A DNA stretch of 64,000 nt from an uncultured Chloroflexia bacterium (GTDB lineage: Bacteria; Chloroflexota; Limnocylindria; Limnocylindrales; CSP1-4): contig CAWHYC010000005.1 in NCBI GenBank assembly GCA_963833535.1, positions 13,395 to 77,394 of the forward strand. Reading direction: 5' to 3'. Below the pieces are notes generated by a model that was given only the letters and a program-made list of their open reading frames with translations, did not search any database and was not told the origin of the DNA. Position numbers and translations under genes: made by a program. The stretch's first letter is position 1. Every line of letters starts with the position of its first letter. This document shows positions 18,801 to 28,298 of the stretch, in pieces.

Positions 18801-19398
18801 GGTCGTGCTGCACGACGGGGATGGCTGGGTCGACTTCGGGCCGGCCGGCGGCTCCTACTACTATTCGCGACCCCGGCTGCCCCTCACCGGCACGCTGACG
18901 CTCGACGGGGAGCCGCTGCACGTCGAGGGGATGGCCTGGTTCGACCACCAGTGGGGCGACTTCATCTCGGTCGGCGGCGGTGGCTGGGACTGGTTCGCCG
19001 TCAACCTCGATGACGGCTCGGACCTCATGCTGTCGCTCGTGCGCGCCGCGGATGGCAGCTACCCGCTCGTCCATGGCACCGCTGTCCGCGCCGACGGTCG
19101 CATCGAGCACCTCGGATCTGATGCCTTCACGGTCGAGCCGATGGGCACCTGGACGAGTCCGTCGACGGGCGCCACCTACCCATCGGGCTGGCACGTCCGG
19201 ATCCCAGGCCAGGGTCTCGACCTGACGCTGACACCGACCGTCGAGGACCAGGAGCTCGATACCCGGGCGACGACGGGGGTCGTGTACTGGGAGGGCTCCC
19301 AGCGCGTGACCGGCACGCGCGACGGGAAGCCGATCGCCGGCGATGCCTACGTCGAGCTGACCGGCTACGGCCCGAGCGGCGTCGCCGGCCCGCCATAG
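15852..19398 (+). pseudogene. MMPL/RND-family transporter (three frame changes) continuing in frame into an AttH/CrtC-like domain
   Basis: Traced through four frames with junctions near 16950, 17488 and 17643. MMPL hallmarks are GLGLGVDYSLLMTSRFREE, GLSMDYEVFLLSRMKE and LLGDWNWWLP. No stop precedes the AttH-like region. Confidence 0.7.
18250..19398 (+). other. Hydrophobic segment with lipobox-like LAAC followed by an AttH/CrtC-like lipocalin domain
   Basis: SVLLVSLAAVVLLAAC, then [29 protein letters not shown] and WFDHQWGDF, characteristic of AttH / hydroxyneurosporene-synthase-like domains. It is in the same frame as the MMPL C-terminus. The only nearby alternative start is GTG 18253. Confidence 0.65.
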
Positions 19399-19444
19399 CC
19401 AGCGGCGAGGCCGCAAGCCTGGCCCTGACGGCCCAGTCGCCCGT

Positions 19445-20098
19445 CTAAGCGGCTGGCTGCTCCAGCTCGCCGGCAGGCTCCCGACCCAGGCGCACCAGGT
19501 AGCGCACGAACAGGGCGCCGCCGGTCAGGAAGAAGAGGCCGAGGCTGAGCCACTCGATGGGCCAGGCGAGCGCGTTGAGGCCGGCGTCGGAGTTGGCCAC
19601 CAGGGCCGCCGGGATGCCGCCCAGGCCGACCAGCTTGTCGAGCGCCTCGACCTGGTCGGCGGCCTCGAGGCCGTAGATCTGCGGGACGATGTAGAGCACC
19701 GATGCGAATACCAGGAGCAGGCTGACGGCCTGGAAGGCGCGCGGGTCGTCATCCGCATCTCGAAGGAACTTGACGACCAGGGCCCAGAGGAGGACCACCG
19801 TGGCGAGCGGCGCGGTTAGCGGCAGCCCGAGCCCGATGTACAGGTTGGGCATCAGGAAGAGGACGCTCAGCGAGAACGTGATGACCATCAGGCCGTCGCG
19901 GATCAGCACGTAGGAGAGCCACCACACGTCTCCGCCGAAGCGCAGGGTGAGCGTGCCCAGGAAGCGCAGGGTGTAGGGCCGCCCGAAGTGCATGATGAGG
20001 GTGAAGGCCCACAGGATGGGCAGCACGGCTGACAGCGACAGGACCATCCAGGCCTGGCCGTTGGTGACGAGGGCGGTGGTGAAATCGTCGGCACTCAT
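19445..20098 (-). CDS. Polytopic membrane protein, unrecognised family (paralog A)
   Basis: 217-aa ORF with 5-6 hydrophobic segments and an AGGAGAG Shine-Dalgarno overlapping the upstream TAG stop. It shares GRPY.LR...TLR.G.D.WW..Y with the upstream paralog. Confidence 0.6.
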   Translation of the reverse strand: MSADDFTTALVTNGQAWMVLSLSAVLPILWAFTLIMHFGRPYTLRFLGTLTLRFGGDVWWLSYVLIRDGLMVITFSLSVLFLMPNLYIGLGLPLTAPLATVVLLWALVVKFLRDADDDPRAFQAVSLLLVFASVLYIVPQIYGLEAADQVEALDKLVGLGGIPAALVANSDAGLNALAWPIEWLSLGLFFLTGGALFVRYLVRLGREPAGELEQPAA

Positions 20099-20107
20099 CG
20101 GTCTCTC

Positions 20108-20724
20108 CTAGCCGTCCGTCGGCCGCGGTCGGCGGACGCTGGCCTGGCGCAGGTTGTAGATGACGGCGGCCAATCCCATGATCCCGACCAGCGCCGCGGA
20201 GATGTAACAGAGCGGCAGGGCCAGGTCGGTGTTTCGCGAGCTGGTGAAGAAGTCGGCCAGCTGCGACACGGTCCGGCCGTGCACGTTGGTGAGCTGGACA
20301 CCGAGGATGTAGGGGAAGAGATAGAGCACCGCTCCGAGGCCCAGGAAGGCACCCTGGATGCGCTGGCCCGTGATGTCCGAATCGCGGGTCACCAGCTTGG
20401 TCAAGAGGACCGCGAACATGCAGACCGCGGCCAGACCGCCGGTCACGGGCAGGTCCTGGCCCGGCGACCACGTCCGGGTAGAAGAAGATGAAGCTGCCCA
20501 GGAAGAGGTTGATGAGCAGCAGGTTGAGGATGCCGATGTAGATGATCCACCACAGGTCGGCGCCCAGGCGCAGCGTGAACTTGCGCAGGTTGGCGCAGGA
20601 TGTACGGCCGGCCGAGCTGGAGGGCGATGACGACCAGCCAGAGGAGCACGAGGGCGGCGCCGATGGTGCCCTCGACGAAGCTCTCGCCGGCGTCGAAGAA
20701 GCCGGAGACCTGTTCCGGGGTCAT
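20108..20724 (-). pseudogene. Polytopic membrane protein, paralog B (two frame changes)
   Basis: MTPEQVSGFF...LQLGRPYILR, then LRKFTLRLGADLWWIIYIGILNLLLINLF, then DLPVTGGLAAVCMFAVLL... lie in three frames with junctions near 20590 and 20460. ATG 20724 overlaps the upstream stop (ATGA). Confidence 0.55.
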
Positions 20725-22731
20725 GACTGCCCTCCTGGCTGCGCTGCTGCGGCAGGGATTGGGTCGCCAGCGCCTGGCGGTGGCGTGACATCGGCCTCGC
20801 GCGGGCCCCGTCCGGCCACGACATGGACATCGCTGCAGCGATAGATCGGCGTCGCAGCGGAAGCAGCGAGCTCGCCTCGGCGCCTGCCATCGCGTCGTCG
20901 AAGCCGAGCTGCGCCGGCTCGAAGGACCCGCTCTGGTAGACGGTGAGCGGTGCGATGGACCCGGCCGCGCGGCGCCAGATCGAGGGTCAGCTGACGTCTC
21001 GAGCGGCGTCGCGGTAGCGGACCGCGGCGATGATCTCGCGCTCGCCATCGCGGACGCCGGCCAGGTACTCGTGGATGGAGGCCGGCTGCGCGTCGACCGG
21101 CGGCCACGGCGTCGATGATCGTCTTCGGTCCGCTGACGCACGTCGCCGCCGGCGAAGACGCCCGCGCGCCCGGTGGCCAGCGTGCGCCGATCGGCGGCGA
21201 TGCCTGCCCAGGCGCTCATCTCGATGCCCGCGCCCTCGGGCAGGATCGACGGATCGGGCTCCTCGCCGACGGCCACCAGGATCGTCTGGACGGCCAGCTC
21301 CTGACTCGCTTCCGGCGACCGGCGCATATGCCTGGCGATCGCCCTCGAGCTCGCCGGTGGGCGCCTGGGCCTGGACGCGGAGGCCCGAGACGCGACCGTC
21401 ACCGAGCACCTCGACTGGCGACGATCTGCGGCCGAGCGACTGCGATGCCTTCGCGCTCGGCGGCCTCGACCTCCTCGGACTGAGCCGGCATGTCGCCGCG
21501 ACCGCGCCGGTAGACGACGGTCACCGCTCGCGGCTCCGCAGCGCAGCGCCGATCGCGCCGCGTCCATGGCCGTGCTGCCGCCACCGACGACGATGACCGA
21601 CGCCGGTCAGAGACGCGGCTCCTCCGCCGAGGTTGACCTCCTTGAGGAACAGCGTCGCCGGAACGACACCCGGCAGGTCGTCGCCGGGTACGCCGAGGCG
21701 GCGGCTCTTGGACGCGCCGGTGGCCAGGAAGATCGCCCGGTAGCCTTGGTCCTCGAGATCGCTCGAGCGTGAAGTCGCGGCCCATGGCCGCGTCCAGATC
21801 GGAGCTCCACGCCGAGACCGACGATGCGCTCGATCTCCTCGCGCAGGACCGTCCGCGGCAGGCGGTACTCGGGGATGCCGATGGCCATCATCCCGCCCGG
21901 CACCGGCATCGCCTCGAAGACGGTCACGGGGTAGCCGAGCCGAGCCAGGTAGTAGGCGGCCGACATCCCGGCCGGCCCGCCGCCGACGATCGCCACTCGC
22001 TCGGCGCGCTTGACGGCCGGCGCCGCGGACGGGCGGCAGGTGCCCGCGCTCCGCGGCGAACCGCTTGAGCGTGCGGATGGAGATCGGCTCGTCGAGCGTG
22101 CCGCGACGGCAGGCGGCCTCGCAGGGCGCCGTGCAGATCCAGCCGCAGACCGACGGGAAGGGGTTGACCTCGGCGGCCACGGCATAGCGCGTCGTCGTAG
22201 CGGCCCTCGGCGATCAGCCCGACGTAGCGGCCGGCGTCGGTGCCCGCCGGGCAGGCCGTCTGGCAGGGCGCCTCGGGGGTCGCGACCTCGGCGCCGGGTT
22301 CGCTCCACGTCTGGCCACGGCTTGCCGCGGTCGGCGAAGCGCCAGCGATAGTCCGGCTCGAACGGCTCCGGATGGTTCGGCTTGAGCGACTCGAGGGTCG
22401 ACCGTCGGAGAGCGGGACCCAACCCGCTCGCGGCGGCGACGGCAGGGTCGACCGGACCCTGACGCGGCAGCAGCGGCGTCGGCCCTCTGGACCGCGATCG
22501 AGCGTCATGACCTGGACCGGGCACTCGCCGATGCAGACGCTCGCAGCCGATGCACTCGCCGACCTGGACCGGGTACTCCATCATCCAGGCGATACGGCCG
22601 CCCGTCGCCACCGCCGGCCTCGACGCCCGGCCGTCCGGCCGCGTCATGTCCAGCGCCTGGACCGGGCAGACGTCCATGCAGACGCCGCAGTTGATGCAGT
22701 TCCCGCGGTCGATGGTGATGCGGTAGCCCAT
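20721..22731 (-). pseudogene. 2x[4Fe-4S] ferredoxin domain fused to a GltD-like FAD/NAD(P) oxidoreductase, heavily frame-disrupted
   Basis: Motifs spread over several frames: CINCGVCMDVCP, CIGCE.CIGECP, PCQTACPAGTD, NPFPSVCGWICTAPCEAAC, VAIVGGGPAGMSAAYYLA, GYRAIFLATGAS, VIVVGGGSTAMDAARSA, GVFAGGDV, RCFRCD. I trace about 15 frame switches plus an in-frame TGA at 20987. A GGAGG Shine-Dalgarno lies 9 nt upstream of ATG 22731. Confidence 0.65.
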
Positions 22732-22917
22732 GCGACTCGCCTCCGCTCGTGATAGACCCAGCATCGCGCGCGGACGCGTCGGGCCACGACTGCGGTCGGG
22801 TAGGACGTGGGCTCCCCGTCCGGGTAGGTGCCGGGGTGCCGGACGGCCCCTGCCGGCAGCGCAGGGTGCGACCCGCTCAGGCGGTGGCTGGGCGGCTCCG
22901 CGGATGACACGAGCCCC

Positions 22918-23542
22918 TCACGCACCGCGACGGGCGGCGACCTCCGTTCGACTCTGCACGTGGAGCTTCTCGACGATGTTTTGCAGGTGGAACTTGACGG
23001 TGTTCTCGCTGATCCCCAGCCGGCCGGCGATCTCCTTGTTGCGAAGCCCGGCCGTGACGAGCCGCAGGACGTCGAGTCTCGCGGTCGGTGAGGTGTTCCG
23101 GCGTCGGGGGCGCTGGGTCGCTCCCGACGGCGCGAACTCGTCCAGGATGCGCGCGGCGGTCGCCGGCGTGATGGCCGCCTCGCCGCGCGGCCACGGCGTC
23201 GAGCATGCGACGCAGCTGCTGACTCTCGAGGTTCTTGAGCAGGTAGCCCTGGGCTCCGGCCTTGATCGCGCCGAAGAGGTCGTCCTCGTCCTCGCTCACG
23301 GTGAGCATCACGATGCGCGACGTCCGGCTGGATCGCTCTTGATGCGCCGAGTCGCCTCGACGCCCGTACAGACCGGCATGCGCACGTCCATGAGCACGAG
23401 GTCGGGCCGAGCGCGAGCCGCCAGCTCGATGGCCTCCTGCCCGTCCGCTGCCTGCCCGACCACGTCGTGCCCCCAGGCGGCGAGGAGCGACGCCACGCCG
23501 TCGCGGAAGAGCGCGTGATCGTCGGCCAGCAGGATCGCGCAT
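22918..23542 (-). pseudogene. NarL/LuxR-family response regulator (several frame changes)
   Basis: Receiver domain (ILLADDHALFRDGVASLL...DLVLMDVRMP, IVMLTVSEDEDDLFGAIKAGAQGYLLK) and LuxR HTH (LTDRE/LDVLRLVTAGLRNKEIAGRLGISENTVKFHLQNIVEKL) recovered from three frames. ATG 23542 overlaps the kinase stop (TGATG). Confidence 0.7.
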
Positions 23543-24848
23543 CAGGCCACCTCGAGCGCCGCCACGAGCGGAACACGCGAGCTCCAGGCGCGTCCACCGT
23601 CCAGCCCGGGCCGAGCTCGATCGTGCCACCCATGCGCCATGGCCCGTTCGCGCATGGTCTGCAGCCCGAAGCGCGGCCAGTCGACGCCGGCTGGCTCCGA
23701 CCGGCTGCGGCCGCGACCGTCGTCGTCGACCGCGGACGCAGGAGCGTCGTCGCCGCCGAGCGTCCACGCTGACCATCGCTCGCCGGGCGGCGGCGTGCTT
23801 GCGCACGTTGGTGAGCGCCTCCTGGACGATGCGGAAGGTCTGGGCCTCGCTCGCCGGTGCGAGGCGCAACGCGCGCGGCATCGTCCGCCTCGACCGTCGT
23901 GACCAGCTTCGACGCGTCCGAGAAGCGGCGCGCGTAGCTCTCGACCGCGCCGACCAGGCCGCGCTCCGGGGCGATCGGGCTGTTCAGGCCGAGGATCGCC
24001 TCGCGGACGTCGACGTACACGGATCGAGCGGCGGCGGCGAGCTCGGCGAGCTGGACTCGAGCCCGCCTCGATCGAGCCTGCGGCGAGCAGCTCCTCACGG
24101 CCTGCGACTTCGTGTTGACGTAGCCAAGCACCTGGGCCAGGCCGTCGTGCATCTCGCGTGCGATCCGCTCGCGCTCGCCCCGGATGGCCAGCTCGCGGAG
24201 CTCGCGCTGGAGGCGGTCGTTCTCGATCGCGATGGCGGCCTGGCCGGCCAGCGACGCCAGCGTCTCGACCGCGTCGACGGCGTAGGCGCGCTCCGAACGC
24301 GAGCCGACGGCCAGGGTGCCGACGGAGTGTTCGCCGCGACGCACCGCCGCCGCCAGGTGGGTGCCGATCAGGTCGGCCTGCACGAAGCGGCGGAAGTCGG
24401 TGCCAGGTAGCCCTCCCTCGCGCGTCGAAGGCATCCGCCGGCCCGCTCGAAGCGGCGAGGAGCAGCGTGCCATCGGAGCGAGCCAGGACGAGCAGCGCGA
24501 CGTCGCCATCGAGCAAGGTCGCGCGCGTTGTCGACCACCGAGTGGAGGATCGCGTGCGAGATCGGAGAGCGTCGTCATGGCGAGCGAGACGCGATGGAGC
24601 GCCCGCGTCGTAGCGATGCTCGCCTCCAGGTCCACGTTGCGCTGGCGAAGCTCGGCGGCCAGACGATCGATGTTCCGGAAGGCGAGGGTCACGCCGGCAA
24701 GCGCGACACCGGCGATGACGGCCATCACGAGGAGGGTATCGCCGGGGAACGGGATGACCGGATCGAGCAGGCTATCGCTGATCAGCTCGACCAGCCCGAT
24801 GACCAGGATGGCAAGGAAGACGAGGACCCATCGCGAGCGCTTGAACAT
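23542..24848 (-). pseudogene. GAF-domain sensor histidine kinase, HisKA_3 type (about nine frame changes)
   Basis: N-terminal TM segments, a GAF-like region (LLDGDVALLVLARSDGTLLLAASSG), the H-box ERERIAREMHDGLAQVLGY, and ATPase pieces (FRIVQEALTNVRKHA, GLQTMRERA, GGTIEL) scattered over three frames. Confidence 0.65.
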
Positions 24849-24914
24849 GGTCGCACGAGCGTATCCGTGAGCCGGTCGTGACCTGAGGGCCATCTGTCAC
24901 GTCGATGCACGCGG

Positions 24915-24955
24915 CATGGCCCCGATGTGCTCCCCATGTCCCCCGATGTGCTCCC
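24915..24955. repeat. Tandem 20/21-bp direct repeat in the divergent promoter region
   Basis: CATGGCCCCGATGTGCTCCC / CATGTCCCCCGATGTGCTCCC. The identical 15-mer CCCCGATGTGCTCCC occurs at 24920-24934 and 24941-24955 (21-bp spacing), 58-98 nt upstream of ATG 25013. Confidence 0.6.
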
Positions 24956-24999
24956 GGGTCATCGATCGGCCGAGCATCCAACCGCGGGGCGAGGCGGCT

Positions 25000-25005
25000 T
25001 ACACT
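25000..25005 (+). promoter_or_regulatory. -10 box (TACACT) of a leaderless gene
   Basis: TACACT, then 7 nt, then ATG 25013. Confidence 0.4.
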
Positions 25006-25012
25006 TCGACCC

Positions 25013-26086
25013 ATGGCAGACCTCCACCGCCGCGAGCCGACGACCGGACCGTTGACCTACGAGGAGCTCGGCCTCGCCGTGCGCAACCACAGCCTGCCGC
25101 TCGAGGCACTGCGCTGGGACACGACGCCCGTCGGGCTCCATTACCTGCTCATCCACTTCGACATCCCCGAGCTCGATCCCGGCGCCTGGCGGTTGCGCAT
25201 CCGAGGCCAGGTGCGGCGCCCCTTGGAGCTGACGCTCGAAGACATCCGAGCGAGACCAGCCACGACCGTGCCAGTGACGATGGAGTGTGCAGGTAATGGC
25301 CGCGCACTCCTTGATCCGCGGCCCCTGAGCCAGCCCTGGCTCGGGCAGGGGGTCGGCACCGCCGAATGGACGGGCACGCCGCTGGGCCCGATCCTGGTCG
25401 ACGCCGGTATCGAGCCCGAGACGGTCGATCTCGTCTTCGCCGGCGCCGACCACGGCATCCAGGGTGATGTCGAACACGACTACGAACGTGGGCTCTCGGT
25501 CGCGAACGCAACCCGGCCCGAGGTGATGGTCGTCTATGGCATGAACGGCGGTTCACTACCACCACAGCACGGCTACCCGCTCCGCCTCCTGGTGCCCGGC
25601 TGGTACGGCATGACGAGCGTCAAGTGGCTGACCTCGATCACGGCCATCCCGGAGCCCTTCGCCGGCTACCAGCAGATCAGCTCATACCGCTACAAGCGCG
25701 ACGCCGACGATCCCGGCGATCCGGTCCAGCGCATGCGCGTGCGAGCGCTCATGATCCCGCCCGGCGTGCCTGACTACTTCACGCGCCGGCGGTTCGTCGA
25801 GGCGGGACCCGTCCGCATCCGCGGCCGCGCATGGTCTGGCGATGGAGCGATCGTCCGGGTGGAGGTCGGCGCGGGTGGCGCCTGGGCCGATGCCGAGCTC
25901 GACGCGCCGCTGGGCGAGTTCGCCTGGCGTGGCTGGACGTTCGACTGGGATGCTGTCCCTGGCGAAGGTGAGCTTGTCTGCAGGGCGACCGATGCGACCG
26001 GGGCGGTCCAGCCGATCCAGCCACCCTGGAACTACCAGGGCATGGGCAACAACGGCGTCCAGCGGGTGTCGGTCACCGTTCGCTGA
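25013..26086 (+). CDS. Sulfite-oxidase-family molybdopterin oxidoreductase (no signal peptide seen)
   Basis: 357-aa reading from MADLHRREP with the SO-family core (VTMECAGNGR, HGYPLRLLVPGWYGMTSVKWL) and a C-terminal dimerisation-like domain. The frame is intact. Confidence 0.8.
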   Translation: MADLHRREPTTGPLTYEELGLAVRNHSLPLEALRWDTTPVGLHYLLIHFDIPELDPGAWRLRIRGQVRRPLELTLEDIRARPATTVPVTMECAGNGRALLDPRPLSQPWLGQGVGTAEWTGTPLGPILVDAGIEPETVDLVFAGADHGIQGDVEHDYERGLSVANATRPEVMVVYGMNGGSLPPQHGYPLRLLVPGWYGMTSVKWLTSITAIPEPFAGYQQISSYRYKRDADDPGDPVQRMRVRALMIPPGVPDYFTRRRFVEAGPVRIRGRAWSGDGAIVRVEVGAGGAWADAELDAPLGEFAWRGWTFDWDAVPGEGELVCRATDATGAVQPIQPPWNYQGMGNNGVQRVSVTVR

Positions 26087-26092
26087 GGGCGT

Positions 26093-26914
26093 TCAGCCCG
26101 AAACGAGCTCCCCGCCGTCCACGCCGAGGACGTTGCCGGTGATCCAGTGCGTGCCCTCGGTCGAGAGCGTCACGATCGCCTGGGCGATGTCATCGACGGT
26201 CGTCATCCGACCATGCGGATTGGCCGACATGGCGTGCTCGATGAGCAGATCTCGCTCGGGGATCTGCATCAGGGCGGGCGTCACCGTGACGCCGGCGCGG
26301 ATGGCGTTGACGGTCACGCCGGTGCGCAGCTTGGCGAACTCCATGGCCAGCTGCCGGCAGTTGGATTCGAGGGCTGTCTTGGCCGCGCTGACCGCGCCGT
26401 AGTTGGTGATGACACGGGTCGAGCCCTCGCTGGTCATGGCATAGACCTTCGAGCCCTGGCCCAGGAAGCCGCCCCGCCAGGTGTCCTGCGCCCAGTAGAC
26501 GAGGCTGTTGGCCATGACGTCGAGCGTCATCTCCAGGTTCTTGCGGTTGATCGAGCTGTCGGCGTCCGGCCCCAGGAAGGGCTTGAGCGTGCCGAATGCC
26601 AGTGAGTGCATCAGGACGCGGACGTACGGCGGTCGGCCGGTCTCCTTCGCCTGGGCGTCGAAGCGCGTCCGCAGTGCCGCCAGGAATTCGACTCGGTTGC
26701 CGTCGTCGGCGGCGTTCATGTTGACGAAGAGGGCCTCGCGCCCATGGCCAGCGATGTCGGCCTTGATCTCTTCGACGTGGGCCATGCCCTGGCGCCGATC
26801 GAGGTGCACGCCGGCGATGTCGTAGCCGGTGGCCGCCAGCGCTTTGGCCGTCGCCTCGCCGAAGCCGCTGCTGGCACCAAGGATGAGGGCCCACGGCTGT
26901 CGGGCGTCGGTCAT
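26093..26914 (-). CDS. SDR-family oxidoreductase (enoyl reductase-like)
   Basis: 273-aa reading from MTDARQPWALILGASSGFGEAT with YGAVSAAKTALES (YxxxK) and an AGGAGA Shine-Dalgarno upstream. Confidence 0.75.
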   Translation of the reverse strand: MTDARQPWALILGASSGFGEATAKALAATGYDIAGVHLDRRQGMAHVEEIKADIAGHGREALFVNMNAADDGNRVEFLAALRTRFDAQAKETGRPPYVRVLMHSLAFGTLKPFLGPDADSSINRKNLEMTLDVMANSLVYWAQDTWRGGFLGQGSKVYAMTSEGSTRVITNYGAVSAAKTALESNCRQLAMEFAKLRTGVTVNAIRAGVTVTPALMQIPERDLLIEHAMSANPHGRMTTVDDIAQAIVTLSTEGTHWITGNVLGVDGGELVSG

Positions 26915-27115
26915 GGCGGTCGGTCTCCTGGACGGGCTCGTGCGTCGCGAGTCTACCGCCCGACAGATCCTCGTCACGCCCGTCGCGTGCGAGTCTGCAT
27001 CGACCCGTCGGGCCGCGTGCAGGTTCGGCGGCTCGTGGGATGGTTGCGTCCGCAACTGACTGATGGCACAGACCTGCGACGTGTCGGGTCGTGCTCGACG
27101 ACTGGCACTGCCAGA

Positions 27116-28137
27116 ATGCCGAGCATGGTCGAGACGCGCATCCTGCCCGGGGACGACCCAGCCGCGATCTTCGAGGCAGCCGCCGCCATCCGGTCCGGCG
27201 CGCTGGTCGCCTTCCCGACTGAGACCGTCTACGGGCTGGGCGCGAATGCGCTCGACGCCGAGGCCGTGGCGCGCGTCTTCGCGGCCAAGGAACGCCCGGC
27301 CTTCGACCCGCTCATCGTCCATCTCGCTGACGCCGGGAGGGTCGGCCATTACGCACAGCGTGCCGACGCCGACGATCCTCGTGTGGCGATCCTGGCGGCC
27401 GCATGCTGGCCCGGACCGTTGACCCTCGTCGTGCGCAAGCGGTCGAGCATCCCGGGCATCGTCACAGCGGGCCTGCAGACGGTCGGTTTGCGGGTGCCCG
27501 ATCACCCGGTGGCACAGGCACTGCTCGAGAGGCTGCTGGCGTGCCCATCGCGGCCCCCAGCGCCAATCGCTTCGGACGCGTCAGCCCGACGCGCGCCGAG
27601 CACGTCGTGGCGCAGCTCGACGGGCGCATCGGGATCGTGCTCGATGGCGGCCCCTGCCGCGTGGGCATCGAATCGACGGTCGTCCTGCTGGCCGACGGCG
27701 CAGCCGGCCTGCTGCGACCCGGCGGCACGCCGACGGAGGTCATCGAGGGGCTCATCGGGCCGCTGGCGAGCCCTGACCAAGGACGAGGCTCGGCGTCATT
27801 GGCACCTGGGCGGTCGACGAGCCACTACGCGCCCGGAGCGCCGCTGACCGTGATCGGTCCGTCCGAGGGCAGCGAAGCCGCGGCGGGTGAGCGGCTCGGC
27901 CTGCTGGCCGCCGACGATGCGGGGCGCCGCGCCGCCCAGGCCAGCGGCGGGCCATACGCGCTGGTCGAGGTCCTCTCCACGAGTGGCGATACGGTCGAGC
28001 AGGCCGCCCGGCTCTTCGACGCGCTCCACCGCCTGGCTGCCGCTGAGATCGACCGGATCGTCGCCCAGGCCGTGCCGGAGGTCGGCCTCGGCCGGGCCAT
28101 CATGGACCGCCTGCGTCGGGCCGCCGCGACACTCTGA
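27116..28137 (+). pseudogene. L-threonylcarbamoyladenylate synthase (Sua5/TsaC type), one frame change
   Basis: The YrdC domain (VAFPTETVYGLGANA, AKERPAFDPLIVH, GPLTLVV) is in ORF 26606..27847. PIAAPSANRFGRVSPT and the Sua5 C-terminal domain are in ORF 27403..28137. The junction is near 27525. An alternative leaderless start is ATG 27125 (CAGAAT, then 7 nt). Confidence 0.8.
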
Positions 28138-28298
28138 GTCGGCTTGCGGCCCGTATGGATCGGCTCGCGACGCAAGATCGGGCGCTTCGGACAGGTCACG
28201 AAGTCCGGCACGGTGGGACCGCGGCTCAGCCAGGGCCTGGGCGTGGGCCGGCGGCTCAGACCACCTTCGCTTGACGCAGCGCGAGCGCCGCCACCGCG

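Noticed and set aside
20987-20989. An in-frame TGA inside the GltD-like gene (..RYRDAARDVS*PSIWRRAAGS..) as possible selenocysteine or readthrough.
   Set aside because: It lies in the indel hotspot, has no obvious SECIS-like hairpin immediately downstream, and is not a position where a redox Cys is expected. A sequence error or mis-traced frame is more likely.
27102-27120. A sigma-54-like TGGCAC...TGC element upstream of the Sua5/TsaC gene.
   Set aside because: The GG-to-GC spacing is 2 nt too long for the -24/-12 consensus, and the lineage suggested by gene content generally lacks RpoN. The CAGAAT within it fits a leaderless -10 box better.
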